Virus record (IMG/VR): IMGVR_UViG_2933660794_000001 | Location: 24,816-88,815 of that record | DNA from: a virus | Lineage: Duplodnaviria; Caudoviricetes | Reading direction: 5' to 3' (one strand) | DNA: 64,000 bases | Shown: positions 28,505-38,072 of the stretch, piece by piece | Position numbering within the stretch: the stretch's first letter is position 1 | Layout of the letters: the number at the start of each line of letters is the position of its first letter | The notes under the pieces: model-generated | Database searches by the model: none | Told to the model about the DNA's origin: nothing | Seen by the model: only the letters and a program-made list of their open reading frames with translations | Program-made: the position numbers and the translations under genes

Positions 28505-28821
28505 CACTCGCCGCCCAACAGCTTCTTGAAGCCGGCCAGCACGTCGGTGACGTCGTCGGCGTCGACCTGAGGCAGCGGCGCCTCCGGCTTCAGTCCGGCT
28601 TCCTCCAGGTCCGCCCGGTAGGCGTTGACGGAGGTGAGGGCGTCGGTGGCGGCCTCGATGTCCCGAGCGGACAGGGTGGCCTCGCCGATGTACTCGCCCT
28701 TCGGGCCACGGAAGATGAGCCGTCCGGCGCAGTCCTGGTCGTCGGAGAGGGCGAGGAACTGGTGGAGCAGCTCGGCGAGCCGCATCTCCTCGTTGGAGAA
28801 GGGGTGCTCGTTCTGCATCAC
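28504..28821 (-). CDS. Hypothetical protein
   Basis: 105 aa, GGAGG RBS, coupled on both sides. Confidence 0.65.
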   Translation of the reverse strand: MMQNEHPFSNEEMRLAELLHQFLALSDDQDCAGRLIFRGPKGEYIGEATLSARDIEAATDALTSVNAYRADLEEAGLKPEAPLPQVDADDVTDVLAGFKKLLGGE

Positions 28822-29090
28822 GCACCTCCGATCAGGCGCAGCGTCGGGCGGGTGGCCTGGGCGTGCTTGATGCGGAGGCCTTCGGCACGGCGGGCCGCGA
28901 TGCTGGCGAGGTCGCCGAGGTTCACCGGGTCCATGTCCACGAAGCCGAGGTCCAGGTCGATGCCGACGATGGCCGCGTTGATCCGGATACGGCCGATGTT
29001 CTTCGGCGTCTCGAACTCGGGCATCACGCGGAGGCTGTGGAGGAACTGCCGTCCGGTGCGCTCAGCGAGCATCTGGTAGATCTCGTCCAT
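28818..29090 (-). CDS. Hypothetical protein
   Basis: ATG 29090 (TGATG overlap); ends in LRLIGGA. Confidence 0.6.
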   Translation of the reverse strand: MDEIYQMLAERTGRQFLHSLRVMPEFETPKNIGRIRINAAIVGIDLDLGFVDMDPVNLGDLASIAARRAEGLRIKHAQATRPTLRLIGGA

Positions 29091-29290
29091 CAGACCGTCA
29101 CCACCTTGAACGTGTCGGTGGTGAGGTCCATGACGACGGTGGCGGGGGTGCCGGCTGCGGTCTGCGCGGCGGCGTACTCCTCCGCCGGCCACGAGCCGCG
29201 CGGGTGAGACGCCGGGAACCGCTCCAAAACGCGGGCGGTGGAGTCGGGGGCGACCTCGTTGTCGCCGGGGTGAGCTGTGCGAGTAGCCAT
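29090..29290 (-). CDS. Hypothetical protein, first gene of the leftward transfer operon
   Basis: ATG 29290; 66 aa ...HPRGSWPAEEYAAAQ...ATVVMDLTTDTFKVV. Confidence 0.55.
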   Translation of the reverse strand: MATRTAHPGDNEVAPDSTARVLERFPASHPRGSWPAEEYAAAQTAAGTPATVVMDLTTDTFKVVTV

Positions 29291-29450
29291 ATGGCGGTTA
29301 CGATCCATACTGGATCGGCCTCCCTGATATCCGCAGGTGGGCGGGTTCACGTCCGTTCCGGTGTTGCGAGCACCGTTCGGGACACGCGGCCCTGGTCCGG
29401 CAACTGCTGGTCCAGGGCCGTTTTGCTGTGCCAAGAAAGACACTACGCCC

Positions 29451-29472
29451 TGGGTTGCCATTTGGCAACCCA
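29451..29472. promoter_or_regulatory. Perfect palindrome in a divergent promoter region (operator)
   Basis: TGGGTTGCCA-TT-TGGCAACCCA between the transfer operon and a small HTH gene. Confidence 0.7.
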
Positions 29473-29524
29473 ATGAGGGAGACTGGAGGACGTCGCCATA
29501 GCCGAGACCGAAGGAGGACCGGAG

Positions 29525-29767
29525 TTGCTGACCTTCCGCGAAACTGCGCGGCGCGTGGTGGAGGAAGGCATCCTGCCGTCGATGACCCACCAGCGAATCT
29601 CGCAGCTCCACCTCAAGGACCCTGAGAACTTCCCCGAGGTCCAGAAGATCGGCCGCGCCAACGTCGTGGATTGGAAGAAGGCGAGACCGTACTTCGTGGC
29701 TCACGCCCAGAAGGCAGCCGCACGCGACCGCCGGCGCCGGACAAAGCCGGAGAGCGAATCGGAGTGA
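29525..29767 (+). CDS. Small HTH DNA-binding protein (Xis/AlpA-like)
   Basis: 80 aa; AAGGAGG RBS before TTG; LTFRETARR...SMTHQRISQL...FP...IGRANVVDW. Confidence 0.7.
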   Translation: MLTFRETARRVVEEGILPSMTHQRISQLHLKDPENFPEVQKIGRANVVDWKKARPYFVAHAQKAAARDRRRRTKPESESE

Positions 29768-29849
29768 TGCCACGGCAGCTGCTCCTGGAGTCGTCGATCA
29801 GGTCTGACTCCATGCCAGCACCGGGCAGACCCCATGCAGTTGAAGCTGT

Positions 29850-29883
29850 TGTTGGCAATCAAGTCACCTCCAAATTGCCAACA
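29850..29883. promoter_or_regulatory. Inverted repeat upstream of the XRE regulator
   Basis: TGTTGGCAAT-N14-ATTGCCAACA; shares the TTGCCA half-site with 29451-29472. Confidence 0.5.
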
Positions 29884-29948
29884 GACAAAGACGACGAAGA
29901 GGGCGGCAAGCTCTCCCGACAAGAGATGAGAGGAGGAAGACTCCGAGC

Positions 29949-31154
29949 ATGACGACCTTCCCGGAACTGCTGCGCGAGTGGCGGCTGGCCGCCCACATGT
30001 CGCTGGCCGACCTGGCACAACGCGTCCGCTACGACCGCACGTCCCTGCACAACTTCGAGACCGGCCGCCGGCCGACCCCGCTGTGCGTGGCCGAGGCCGC
30101 GGACGAAGCGACCGGCGCCAACGGTGCCCTGGTCGAGCAATGGCACCGGGAGGACAGAGAACGCCGCGAGGCTGCGGCCGCGCACCGGGTACGGGCTGCT
30201 GCGCTCGCCATGTCCCGGGACCTGACCGCTCTGGCGGATCTGGATATCAGCGAGCTGCAGGACGGGGTGTCGGCTACCGCGGTCGACTACCTGGGATCCC
30301 CGCCGGGGCCGATGATGGACCGTGCGCATCTGCTGCGCGGGGAGGCTTTCGAGCGGCTTCGCTCGGGGCATCACCGGCCGCAGGATCGTTCGGACCTGTA
30401 CGTGGCCGCCGGACGGCTGTCCGGGGTGCTGTCGTACGCGCTGCTCGACATGGGTGACGCGGATGAGGCACTCGAGCACGCCACGGCGGCGGGCCGGTGC
30501 GCCGAGTTCGCGGGGGACGCCGAGCTGGCCGCTTGGGTGGCCGGAACGAAGTCCCTGATCGCCCGGTTCCAGGGCGACTATGGGCGTGCGCTGGAGTACA
30601 TCCGGGACGGCTACCAGTGGGTGGGTCACGGGCAGGGCAGCGGGGAGGCCCGGCTGCGCTGTGGTGAAGCCCAGTGCCTGGCGAACCTCGGGGACAGCCG
30701 GGCGGCGAATGCCGCTCTTGACTCCGCGGAGCAGGCCCGGGAGCGGATCCGGCGCCCGGACTCGCTGGAGGGTCTGTTCGGCTTCTCGAGGGCCAAGCAG
30801 TCGTACTACGCCGGCTCGTCCCTGATCTGGCTGCAGGGCGGCCACGATGCCGAGCGCGCGCAGCGTGAGGCGCTCGAGGCGATCAGCCTGTGGCAGTCCG
30901 GCCCCGTCCAGGAGCGGTCGCTGGACGACGAACGGCTGGCCCACATCTACCTGGCTACGGCACGGGTGCAGCTCGATGACGTGGAGGGCGCAGCCGATGC
31001 CCTGGCGCCGGTTCTGTCGTTGCCGGTGGAGGATCAGATTTCGTGGATCGTGAAGCGGATGGACCGGGTGGCGGGGATGCTCTCCGCACCTCGGTACGCC
31101 GGTAACGGTACGGCTGAGGAGACCGTCGAGGCGATCAACGCCTTGGCGGCGTGA
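29949..31154 (+). CDS. XRE-family HTH regulator with TPR-like C-terminal domain
   Basis: 401 aa; LREWRLAAHMSLADLAQRVRYDRTSLHNFETGRR HTH, then helical repeats; AGGAGG RBS. Confidence 0.85.
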   Translation: MTTFPELLREWRLAAHMSLADLAQRVRYDRTSLHNFETGRRPTPLCVAEAADEATGANGALVEQWHREDRERREAAAAHRVRAAALAMSRDLTALADLDISELQDGVSATAVDYLGSPPGPMMDRAHLLRGEAFERLRSGHHRPQDRSDLYVAAGRLSGVLSYALLDMGDADEALEHATAAGRCAEFAGDAELAAWVAGTKSLIARFQGDYGRALEYIRDGYQWVGHGQGSGEARLRCGEAQCLANLGDSRAANAALDSAEQARERIRRPDSLEGLFGFSRAKQSYYAGSSLIWLQGGHDAERAQREALEAISLWQSGPVQERSLDDERLAHIYLATARVQLDDVEGAADALAPVLSLPVEDQISWIVKRMDRVAGMLSAPRYAGNGTAEETVEAINALAA

Positions 31155-31366
31155 TGAGAGGAGTACGAGGCGTGCGTAGCCCGCCGTAGAAGGCGGGAGG
31201 CCGACCGGGCACCACCCCGACCGACCTCCCTGTTTGGCCGCTGACCTGCGAAGTCGTATGCGGCCGTGACCGACCAACCCCTTGCAGAGAAGGCAGTCAT
31301 CATGACTCTACTTGTTGGCGATGCTCTCGCGCTGCCCCCGGTCTCGACCAATGGCCGGGGTGAAAG

Positions 31367-31669
31367 TTGACGAAGCCCGACCCCAGAACCCTCATGGCCC
31401 TCCCGCCCGTCGTGACCTTCGCTACCGGCGCCGACCTCCTGGTCCGCCTCGGCCTGGCGAAGAACATGACCCGCGAGGGCGTCCGCCGTCTCTCCAAGCA
31501 CCCCGACTGGCCGTTCGGCCCAGACCGCCCGTACCCGTACTGGCCGCTGGCGAACGCCGAGGTGATGGAGACAGGCCCGTTCCTGGAGTTCTTCCGGAAG
31601 CACCCGATCGTGGGACGCGGGCCGGACCGGGAGCCCGGCCGGCGCGGCAAGGCGTCGAAGCAGCAGTAA
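31367..31669 (+). CDS. Small HTH DNA-binding protein, paralogue of 29525-29767
   Basis: VTFATGADLLVRLGLAKNMTREGVRRLSKHPDWP aligns by eye with the 80-aa HTH protein. Confidence 0.65.
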   Translation: MTKPDPRTLMALPPVVTFATGADLLVRLGLAKNMTREGVRRLSKHPDWPFGPDRPYPYWPLANAEVMETGPFLEFFRKHPIVGRGPDREPGRRGKASKQQ

Positions 31670-31901
31670 CGGTCGCGTCTCCGATCAGCCGTGTTCGCAG
31701 CCACGGCCCGGAAACGCAAGACGGCCCGGCAGGGAGTTCGCAGCTCCACCGCGCCAGGCCGCCCAGGAAGCCAGCGGATTTCGCAGCCCGCCGGCTAAGT
31801 GATTCACCTCATCGAGAGGTACCCGCCTTGAGCGTACAGGCACCACCCAGCGTGTCGACAAGTGGACCCCGCATGATCCTCCGCACGGCGGATGGTGCGC
31901 G

Positions 31902-33017
31902 GTGACGGAGCAAATCGAAGAGACCAGGTCTATCAGTCATGTGGGCCCGGTTCCGAACGTCTCCGTGCATGCGCACATGCGGAGCGGGCCGCACGCCATC
32001 ACAGCCGATCCGTTGGACCTGGTCGTAGTGGTGGAGCTGATGTTCCTGTTCGGCGAGCAGGCGCGTCGTCGGTCGACCGACGAACCGCTCGTCATCACGC
32101 CGCAGAGCGTTCTCGAGCGGCTCCGGGAGATGGGTGTACGGAGCGGTAACGGATCCCGTTTGGTGGGCCGCGACGCGGTCTATGCGTCGTTCGCCAGGCT
32201 GCGAGCGAAGGGCTACATCCGGCGGATCGTGGAGAGCGACGAGAAGACGGGGCAGCGGACTGGGGTGGCGTACGAGTTCTACGACTGGCCGGCCTGGAAT
32301 CCCGATGCACCGGCAGTCAGTGAATCGTCGCAGGTCGGAGCCACTTCCGGCAATGCCGGATCCGGCGATGCCGAATCCAGGGCCGGGAAACGGACAAAAC
32401 AGCGATCTACGCAGGTCGGAGCCACTTCCGGCAATGCCGGATCCGGCGATGCCGGAAGTTCGACGTCTTCGCAGGTCGGAGCCACTTCCGGCAATGCCGG
32501 ACCCCCCCCACACCCCCCGGAGGGTGGTGGTAACACCACCCCCAGCCCCCACAAAACCGGTCGGGCGGCCAAGTGGGCCGCAGCATGCGCACTGGCTCCA
32601 GAGGACTACGCGCCGACAGCGGAAGAGATCAAAGCGGCCGACGCTTTCCTGCAAGACCTCCCGGGCAAGTGGCAGATGGGCATTGACGAGGCACGCGCGC
32701 TCGCTCCGCTGCTGGCCTCCCGGGCTCACGTCCTCGAGCTGGATCTGGACCTGATGCTGCAACTCCAGCTGATGCAGGACGATCCCAAGGACCCCGTACG
32801 GGTGCCATCCCGGGTCATGCCTACTCGGATCCGCAGCCTCAAGCGCCGACAGGTCCAGCCGAATGGGGCCGTGCCGGACGCTGGGCGGCTCGCTGAGTGG
32901 TGCGGAGAGTGCAACCGGGGCGAGTTCCCGATGGCCGTCTACCAGCGCACCGTGGAGCTTTCTGACGGCAACGACACACCGTGCCCCCGCTGCCATCCGA
33001 AGCACGCCCGAGCCTGA
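31902..33017 (+). CDS. Phage-type replication initiator (wHTH, internal iterons, C-terminal Zn ribbon)
   Basis: 371 aa; VGRDAVYASFARLRAKGYIRR wHTH; SQVGATSGNAG repeats; WCGEC...CPRCHP; directly upstream of dnaB. Confidence 0.8.
   Translation: MTEQIEETRSISHVGPVPNVSVHAHMRSGPHAITADPLDLVVVVELMFLFGEQARRRSTDEPLVITPQSVLERLREMGVRSGNGSRLVGRDAVYASFARLRAKGYIRRIVESDEKTGQRTGVAYEFYDWPAWNPDAPAVSESSQVGATSGNAGSGDAESRAGKRTKQRSTQVGATSGNAGSGDAGSSTSSQVGATSGNAGPPPHPPEGGGNTTPSPHKTGRAAKWAAACALAPEDYAPTAEEIKAADAFLQDLPGKWQMGIDEARALAPLLASRAHVLELDLDLMLQLQLMQDDPKDPVRVPSRVMPTRIRSLKRRQVQPNGAVPDAGRLAEWCGECNRGEFPMAVYQRTVELSDGNDTPCPRCHPKHARA
32329..32501. repeat. Iterons / probable lytic replication origin
   Basis: CGCAGGTCGGAGCCACTTCCGGCAATGCCGGA at 32329, 32410 and 32470 (the first two extend to 45 bp); core palindrome TCCGGCA-A-TGCCGGA. 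Confidence 0.8.
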
Positions 33018-33092
33018 CCTGAAACGACCGCAGCGGCCGGTGAATCCCTCGCCAGGGCCGGCCGCTGCTCAGACCCCCGAAAGGGCCACACC

Positions 33093-34472
33093 GTGAGTAT
33101 CCCTCAGCAGAGCATCCAGCACAGCTCCGACGACGTCTTCGACGACGGCCCCCAGCGGCAGCCGATGCATGACGAGTACGCCGAGCAGTGCGTCCTCGGC
33201 GGCATGCTCCTGTCCAAGGACGCCATCGAGGACGTCCTCCCCCTCGTGAAGGCCGAGCAGTTCGCCGCCGCCCGCCACGAGGCCGTGTTCCGGGCGATCC
33301 TGGACGTGTACGGCAAGGGCATCCCCGTGGACCCGATCACGGTGGCCGCGGACCTCACCAAGCGCGGCGAGCTCGCCAAGATCGGCGGGGCTTCCTACCT
33401 GCACACCCTCGTCCAGGTCGTTCCAACCGCAGCGAACGCCGAGCACTACGCAGAGATCGTCCACGAAAAGGCCGTCCTGCGGGGCCTGCACAAGGCCGGC
33501 ATCAGCATCGCCGCCATGGCCGCCGCGCAGGAAGGCGAACTCGCCGACATCTGCAACCAGGCCCAGACCGCCGTGTACGTGGCGACCGAGGTGTCCAAGG
33601 CCGACGAGGAAGACGTACCTATCGGCGACGTCATGGAAGGCATGTTGGACGAGCTGGAGGCCCGACAGAACAAGAAGGGGGAACTCACTGGCGTTCCCAC
33701 CGGTCTTGCCGACCTGGACTCCCTCACCGAGGGCCTCCAGCCCGGCCAGATGATCGTCATCGCGGCCCGGCCCGCCGTCGGCAAGTCGACTTTGGCCGTC
33801 GACTTCGCCCGCTGCTGCTCCATCAAGCACGGTCTGCCCAGCCAGATCTTCTCCCTAGAGATGGGCCGCAGCGAGCTGACGATGCGGATTGCGTCCGCCG
33901 AGGCGAAAGTGCCGTTGCATCACATGCGGTCCGGGAACATGACCGAGGATGACTGGACGCGCCTGGCCCGCCGCATGCCGGACGTGTCCGCCGCCCCGCT
34001 GTACATCGACGATTCCCCGAACATCAACCTCAACCACATCCGGTCCAAGGCACGGAAGCGCAAGGCGAAGAACGGCCTGTCGCTGATCATCGTGGACTAC
34101 ATCCAGCTGATGGAGTCCACGGGGAAGCGGGGCGAGAACCGGCAACAGGAAGTCTCCGAGATCTCCCGCGGCCTGAAGCTCCTCGCGAAGGAGCTGGAAG
34201 TCCCCGTGGTCGCCCTGTCCCAGCTGAACCGGGAGTCGGAGAAGCGCACCGACAAGAAGCCGGTGATCTCCGATCTGCGGGAGTCCGGCGCCATTGAGCA
34301 GGACGCCGACATGGTCATCCTGCTGCACCGGGAGGACGTGTACGAGAAGGAGTCCCCGCGGGCCGGCGAGGCTGATCTGATTGTGGCGAAGCACCGCAAC
34401 GGGCCCACCGCGACGATCACAGCCGCGTTCCAGGGGCACTACTGCCGCTTCATGGACATGGCGCAGACGTGA
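33093..34472 (+). CDS. dnaB: Replicative DNA helicase
   Basis: 459 aa; AARPAVGKST, IFSLEM, IIVDYIQLM, LSQLNR, DLRESGAIEQDAD, KHRNGP. Confidence 0.97.
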   Translation: MSIPQQSIQHSSDDVFDDGPQRQPMHDEYAEQCVLGGMLLSKDAIEDVLPLVKAEQFAAARHEAVFRAILDVYGKGIPVDPITVAADLTKRGELAKIGGASYLHTLVQVVPTAANAEHYAEIVHEKAVLRGLHKAGISIAAMAAAQEGELADICNQAQTAVYVATEVSKADEEDVPIGDVMEGMLDELEARQNKKGELTGVPTGLADLDSLTEGLQPGQMIVIAARPAVGKSTLAVDFARCCSIKHGLPSQIFSLEMGRSELTMRIASAEAKVPLHHMRSGNMTEDDWTRLARRMPDVSAAPLYIDDSPNINLNHIRSKARKRKAKNGLSLIIVDYIQLMESTGKRGENRQQEVSEISRGLKLLAKELEVPVVALSQLNRESEKRTDKKPVISDLRESGAIEQDADMVILLHREDVYEKESPRAGEADLIVAKHRNGPTATITAAFQGHYCRFMDMAQT

Positions 34473-34553
34473 CCTTCTGGCCCGACCAGCCGAACGGATC
34501 CGGGTTGTCGGTGACGATCGATATCCTGAGGAACTCACCTGGAGGGGGACGCT

Positions 34554-36353
34554 ATGGGAAAGCGTGAGCGCCGCAGGAAACGCCAGAAAGTCGCAGCAAA
34601 GCAGCGGCCGCCTGCCGTCAAACGGATCCTGTATCCCAGCCCAGAGCAGCCGCTCCTCGAGGTCCATATCGAGCCGGAAACGCCGGCCGACGTCGCGGCC
34701 ATGTGCCGCCAGTACTGGGAGTTCACCGTCCCCGGCCAGTGGACCCGGCACGTCTCAGCGATCGGCTCCACCTCCCTGGTCTACAAGGCCGTCCGCGGAG
34801 CGTGCCGGGCCGAACTGCTGAACCTGGTGTGCCCCAGCTGCGCCGCCCCCACCGTGGTGACCAGCCGGTCCGACATGGCCGCCACCGTTTGCTGGGGACC
34901 GGACTTCCCGACCGAGCCGGTCGACGCAGCCAAGGTCTGCCCGTCATGCGCGGCCGCAGAGGCCGAGGTGCGCAAAGCGGAGGCAGAGCGGGCCAAGGAG
35001 GAGAAGCGGCAGCAGACCCAAAAGCGGGTCGACGCTGCTGGCGCGTGGCTGCAGCAGCAGGCCGACCGGGACTTCCCCGACGGTATGCCCGACCTCATCG
35101 GCGCGCTCACGCTGCTGGCCATGGTGGAGATCATGCAACGGAAGGAGACCGAGACGATCGGCCCGCTGAAGGACCTGAACTACACGCTCACCACTACAGC
35201 CGAAACCGACATCGACGTCTTCCGCACCCTGCACTGCGAACGGTGGATCTGCCCCACCCTCCCAGCCACCACAGACAACTTCGCCTTCAAAGACGACGGC
35301 ACGGTCAGCGGCGTGTACGTCACCGAGATCCCCTGGCAGCTCGCGCCGGCCCTGGGCGGGAAGGCCACAGCACACGGCGAGACCGCCAAGTGGATGAGCC
35401 GCATGCTCCGCAACCGAGCCGACGAAGTCACCCAGCAGGTGCACCGGCTCGAGGCCGGCATGGCCGTCAACTACCTCGAGGGACTCCTCACCCGGAAGTA
35501 CAACGAGGAACCCATCCCCGAACACCGGCTGCCCGACGCCTACGAACTGTTCCTGGGCGCCCTCCAGGAGGGCTTCACCCTCGGTCAACTCGTTGCCATC
35601 GCCTGGAGTTCCGCGGCCGGCTCCGTCGCCTGGGGCCAGCGCACCCCCGGCTTGAAGCCAGGAAGCGTCTCCTCAGCGTCCGTCACCAACCTCGAACGCC
35701 GGATCGGATACGCCCGCGACCGCCGCATGGACGAGTACGAACTCCCCAACTGGGTGCCCCGCCCCGCCATCCACGCCACCGCCCTTCGCCTCCTCCAGCA
35801 ACACGCCTCCGAGACCGACGCGCTCAGCCGCTTCCGCACGCTCAAGCAGCGCACCGACAGCCGTGCCCTCGAGGCCGCCGAGTTCGACGGCGACATGGAG
35901 GACCTGGGCGAGGACCAGCAGCTTGGCGAAGCCATGGACACATGGCTCGAGGACCTCCGCACCGGCCGCAAGCGCGAGTCGAAGCAGCCGCCGATCACCT
36001 ATGCCCTGGTCACACCGAACGGCGGCCTCGAGTTCCACTCCGAGCCCGTCGACCAGATGCGCGACAAGGTTGGAGCAGCAGGAGCGGGAATCGTCGACCG
36101 GATCACTCTGCCGGATCCGTCCCCCGTGCACGCCTACGTCGGCGAGCTGGTCACGGCGTCCGAGGAACTGGCCAACCCGGTTGCGGACGAGATGCTGCGC
36201 CTCCTGGACTGCCACGACGGCCCCTTCTACGGACCCATCTCCTTCTTCGCCGTCGCATCCCGCAGCCCACGGCCACGAAGCCTGGACGAGGACCAGCAGG
36301 AGATGCTGCGCGCAGCGCACGAGGTGGCACGGAGCCGGGCCGGCATGGTCTGA
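34554..36353 (+). CDS. Large hypothetical protein with CxxC...CxxC Zn site
   Basis: 599 aa, GGAGG RBS, normal codon bias; CPSC x2; C-terminus reminiscent of DUF3846. Confidence 0.75.
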   Translation: MGKRERRRKRQKVAAKQRPPAVKRILYPSPEQPLLEVHIEPETPADVAAMCRQYWEFTVPGQWTRHVSAIGSTSLVYKAVRGACRAELLNLVCPSCAAPTVVTSRSDMAATVCWGPDFPTEPVDAAKVCPSCAAAEAEVRKAEAERAKEEKRQQTQKRVDAAGAWLQQQADRDFPDGMPDLIGALTLLAMVEIMQRKETETIGPLKDLNYTLTTTAETDIDVFRTLHCERWICPTLPATTDNFAFKDDGTVSGVYVTEIPWQLAPALGGKATAHGETAKWMSRMLRNRADEVTQQVHRLEAGMAVNYLEGLLTRKYNEEPIPEHRLPDAYELFLGALQEGFTLGQLVAIAWSSAAGSVAWGQRTPGLKPGSVSSASVTNLERRIGYARDRRMDEYELPNWVPRPAIHATALRLLQQHASETDALSRFRTLKQRTDSRALEAAEFDGDMEDLGEDQQLGEAMDTWLEDLRTGRKRESKQPPITYALVTPNGGLEFHSEPVDQMRDKVGAAGAGIVDRITLPDPSPVHAYVGELVTASEELANPVADEMLRLLDCHDGPFYGPISFFAVASRSPRPRSLDEDQQEMLRAAHEVARSRAGMV

Positions 36354-36356
36354 GGC

Positions 36357-36572
36357 CTACGCAGCGGTGCCCGGCCCGGCCTCCCACGGCTCCCCAACCG
36401 GCCGGGTCAGCCCGTCATCCGTCACCAGCCGGCGTTCCGGGGCCGTCGCGTCCAGCTCCCAGTAGTGCAGACACTCCTCGCAGCGGACTCCGTCCACGAG
36501 TACCTCGTCTTCCCCGTTCGGGCAGTCGGTGCCGTCACCGCGGCCCGGACACGTCTCCCTGATAGCCCCCAT
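36357..36572 (-). CDS. Small Cys-rich hypothetical protein
   Basis: ATG 36572; CPG...CPN...CEEC; no clear RBS. Confidence 0.4.
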   Translation of the reverse strand: MGAIRETCPGRGDGTDCPNGEDEVLVDGVRCEECLHYWELDATAPERRLVTDDGLTRPVGEPWEAGPGTAA

Positions 36573-36731
36573 ACCGTCGACCGTGCGGCGTACGGGCCGT
36601 GCCCGTGGAGAGGGCGAGCGGGGCGCACAGGCGTACACCCTTGGCAGACCGCCACAACAACCGTCAGGAGCCCCAGCAGGCGCCCTCCGCCTGGAAGACT
36701 GGCCGCAGTTGCCGACTCCCTGGAGACTCTC

Positions 36732-37130
36732 GTGGACCTGGACCGAACTCCCTCTCAGATCGCTAACGCTGCCGCCGATGAGATCCGCACACTGAACCAT
36801 CGCACCCTGGATCCCAAGGTCTTTACAACACCGTCCGAGGTAGCCGACACCCTCAACGCGCTCACCCGGCTCCTGCAGACGTTGCCGCAATCACTGCAGC
36901 AGTTGGAGGCCGGCCTGGAACTTCTGGACGAAAATCAGCAGATCCGCCTGGACAACAAGCCAAAAGCGGAGACGTCACGACAGGACATCTTCCGACAGGT
37001 CCTCGCCGTGCGGAGTGCGCTGCAGCAGGCCCGGGAGCGGCTCGGCCAAGCCGATGAGGCGATGCGGGAGGCGGCCAGACCGCTCTCCCGCATGGGAGCG
37101 CCCTGGCCGCCGGCTGACGGCGAGGACTGA
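36732..37130 (+). CDS. Hypothetical helical protein
   Basis: GTG 36732 with GGAG RBS; AAADEIRTLNHRT...LPQSLQQL. Confidence 0.65.
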   Translation: MDLDRTPSQIANAAADEIRTLNHRTLDPKVFTTPSEVADTLNALTRLLQTLPQSLQQLEAGLELLDENQQIRLDNKPKAETSRQDIFRQVLAVRSALQQARERLGQADEAMREAARPLSRMGAPWPPADGED

Positions 37131-37279
37131 GCCGGGGGGAAACGCGAGCACGACGGACGGCACGCCGTAGCCGGGGGAACGGGTCTGCGGTTTGGGGTGA
37201 TGCTGGGCGGGTGCCTTCGGGCATCTCCGTTCAAGCGCCCCCATGATCCGCCCGCCGGCGGGGAGGGGAAGAGCTGGTT

Positions 37280-37310
37280 AAGCCCCGGGACCGAACCCCC
37301 CGGGGCTTTC
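37280..37310 (+). terminator. Intrinsic terminator
   Basis: AAGCCCCGGG-N9-CCCGGGGCTT followed by TC. Confidence 0.65.
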
Positions 37311-37483
37311 TCGCGCCCCGCTCCGGGGAGGGCGTCTGTGGGCGCGGGCCGGACCTGAGGGGAGATGGTGCTGTCCGGCCCGCGCATGTGACAGCACAGG
37401 GGTCAACGAGCGGGCATGCTGCCGGTCACTCATGGGGTTGTGGCGGGCGAGGTACCGGGACTCCCCATGCATTCATGCCCGTG

Positions 37484-37518
37484 AATACATTGTGACGCCA
37501 TGCGTAGACCGGTACAGT
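37484..37518 (+). promoter_or_regulatory. Promoter with overlapping shared operator (copy 1)
   Basis: -35 TTGTGA, 17 bp, -10 TACAGT; AATACATTGT-GAC-GCCATGCGTA aligns with the 49420 and 55427 sites. Confidence 0.6.
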
Positions 37519-37616
37519 GGAAGGGTTGCATCTCCCACCCGCAAGCGCAGGGAACACCCCCGCCCACACGCGGCAGGCTGACCTACCACGCCCCCAACAC
37601 CCGGGAGCCCCACCCC

Positions 37617-38072
37617 ATGACCGAGCCCAGCGTCACACCCCTGTCCCAGTCCGTCGAACTCCAACTCGCCGGCCAGCCCGACGTAAAGAACAAGTACGGC
37701 AGCGGCCGCATCCGCCCGACCCGCGTCTTCTTCTACTACCTCCCCGACCGAATCACCGCCCACCTGTACGGCTCCTGGGTTCGCGAGGACGGTGAACTGA
37801 CGGACGCCCCCTGCGACCAGGACTACCGGGAGCCCATCGAGGACTGGCCGGCATGGCTGGCCGCACTGGCCCGCCAGTACACGCCTGCGGAGCGGACCAC
37901 CGAGACAGACACGCTGCCCGCGTGGCTGCACTGGCGGTTCGGTTCGCACGGCCAGCCCTGGAGCGATGTTCCCGACGAGGACAAGGCACTCTGGGAGTAC
38001 CAGGCCCGCGCCGTCCGCCGCGCCGTCGCCCGCAACGGCTTCAAGACCAGCCAGCCCGAGACGGACGCCTGA
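37617..38072 (+). CDS. Hypothetical phage protein
   Basis: ATG 37617 with GGGAG RBS; first gene after the promoter. Confidence 0.65.
   Translation: MTEPSVTPLSQSVELQLAGQPDVKNKYGSGRIRPTRVFFYYLPDRITAHLYGSWVREDGELTDAPCDQDYREPIEDWPAWLAALARQYTPAERTTETDTLPAWLHWRFGSHGQPWSDVPDEDKALWEYQARAVRRAVARNGFKTSQPETDA

Noticed and set aside
32329-32501. Possible mini-CRISPR array (three 32-bp repeats)
   Set aside because: Unequal spacing (81 and 60 bp), in frame within a replication initiator, no cas genes; better explained as iterons
33093-34472. dnaB as evidence of host chromosome
   Set aside because: Lacks the chromosomal rpsF-ssb-rpsR-rplI context and follows a phage-type initiator
34703-36562. 619-aa plus-strand ORF overlapping the 599-aa gene
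   Set aside because: Arg/Pro-rich alternative frame typical of GC3 bias
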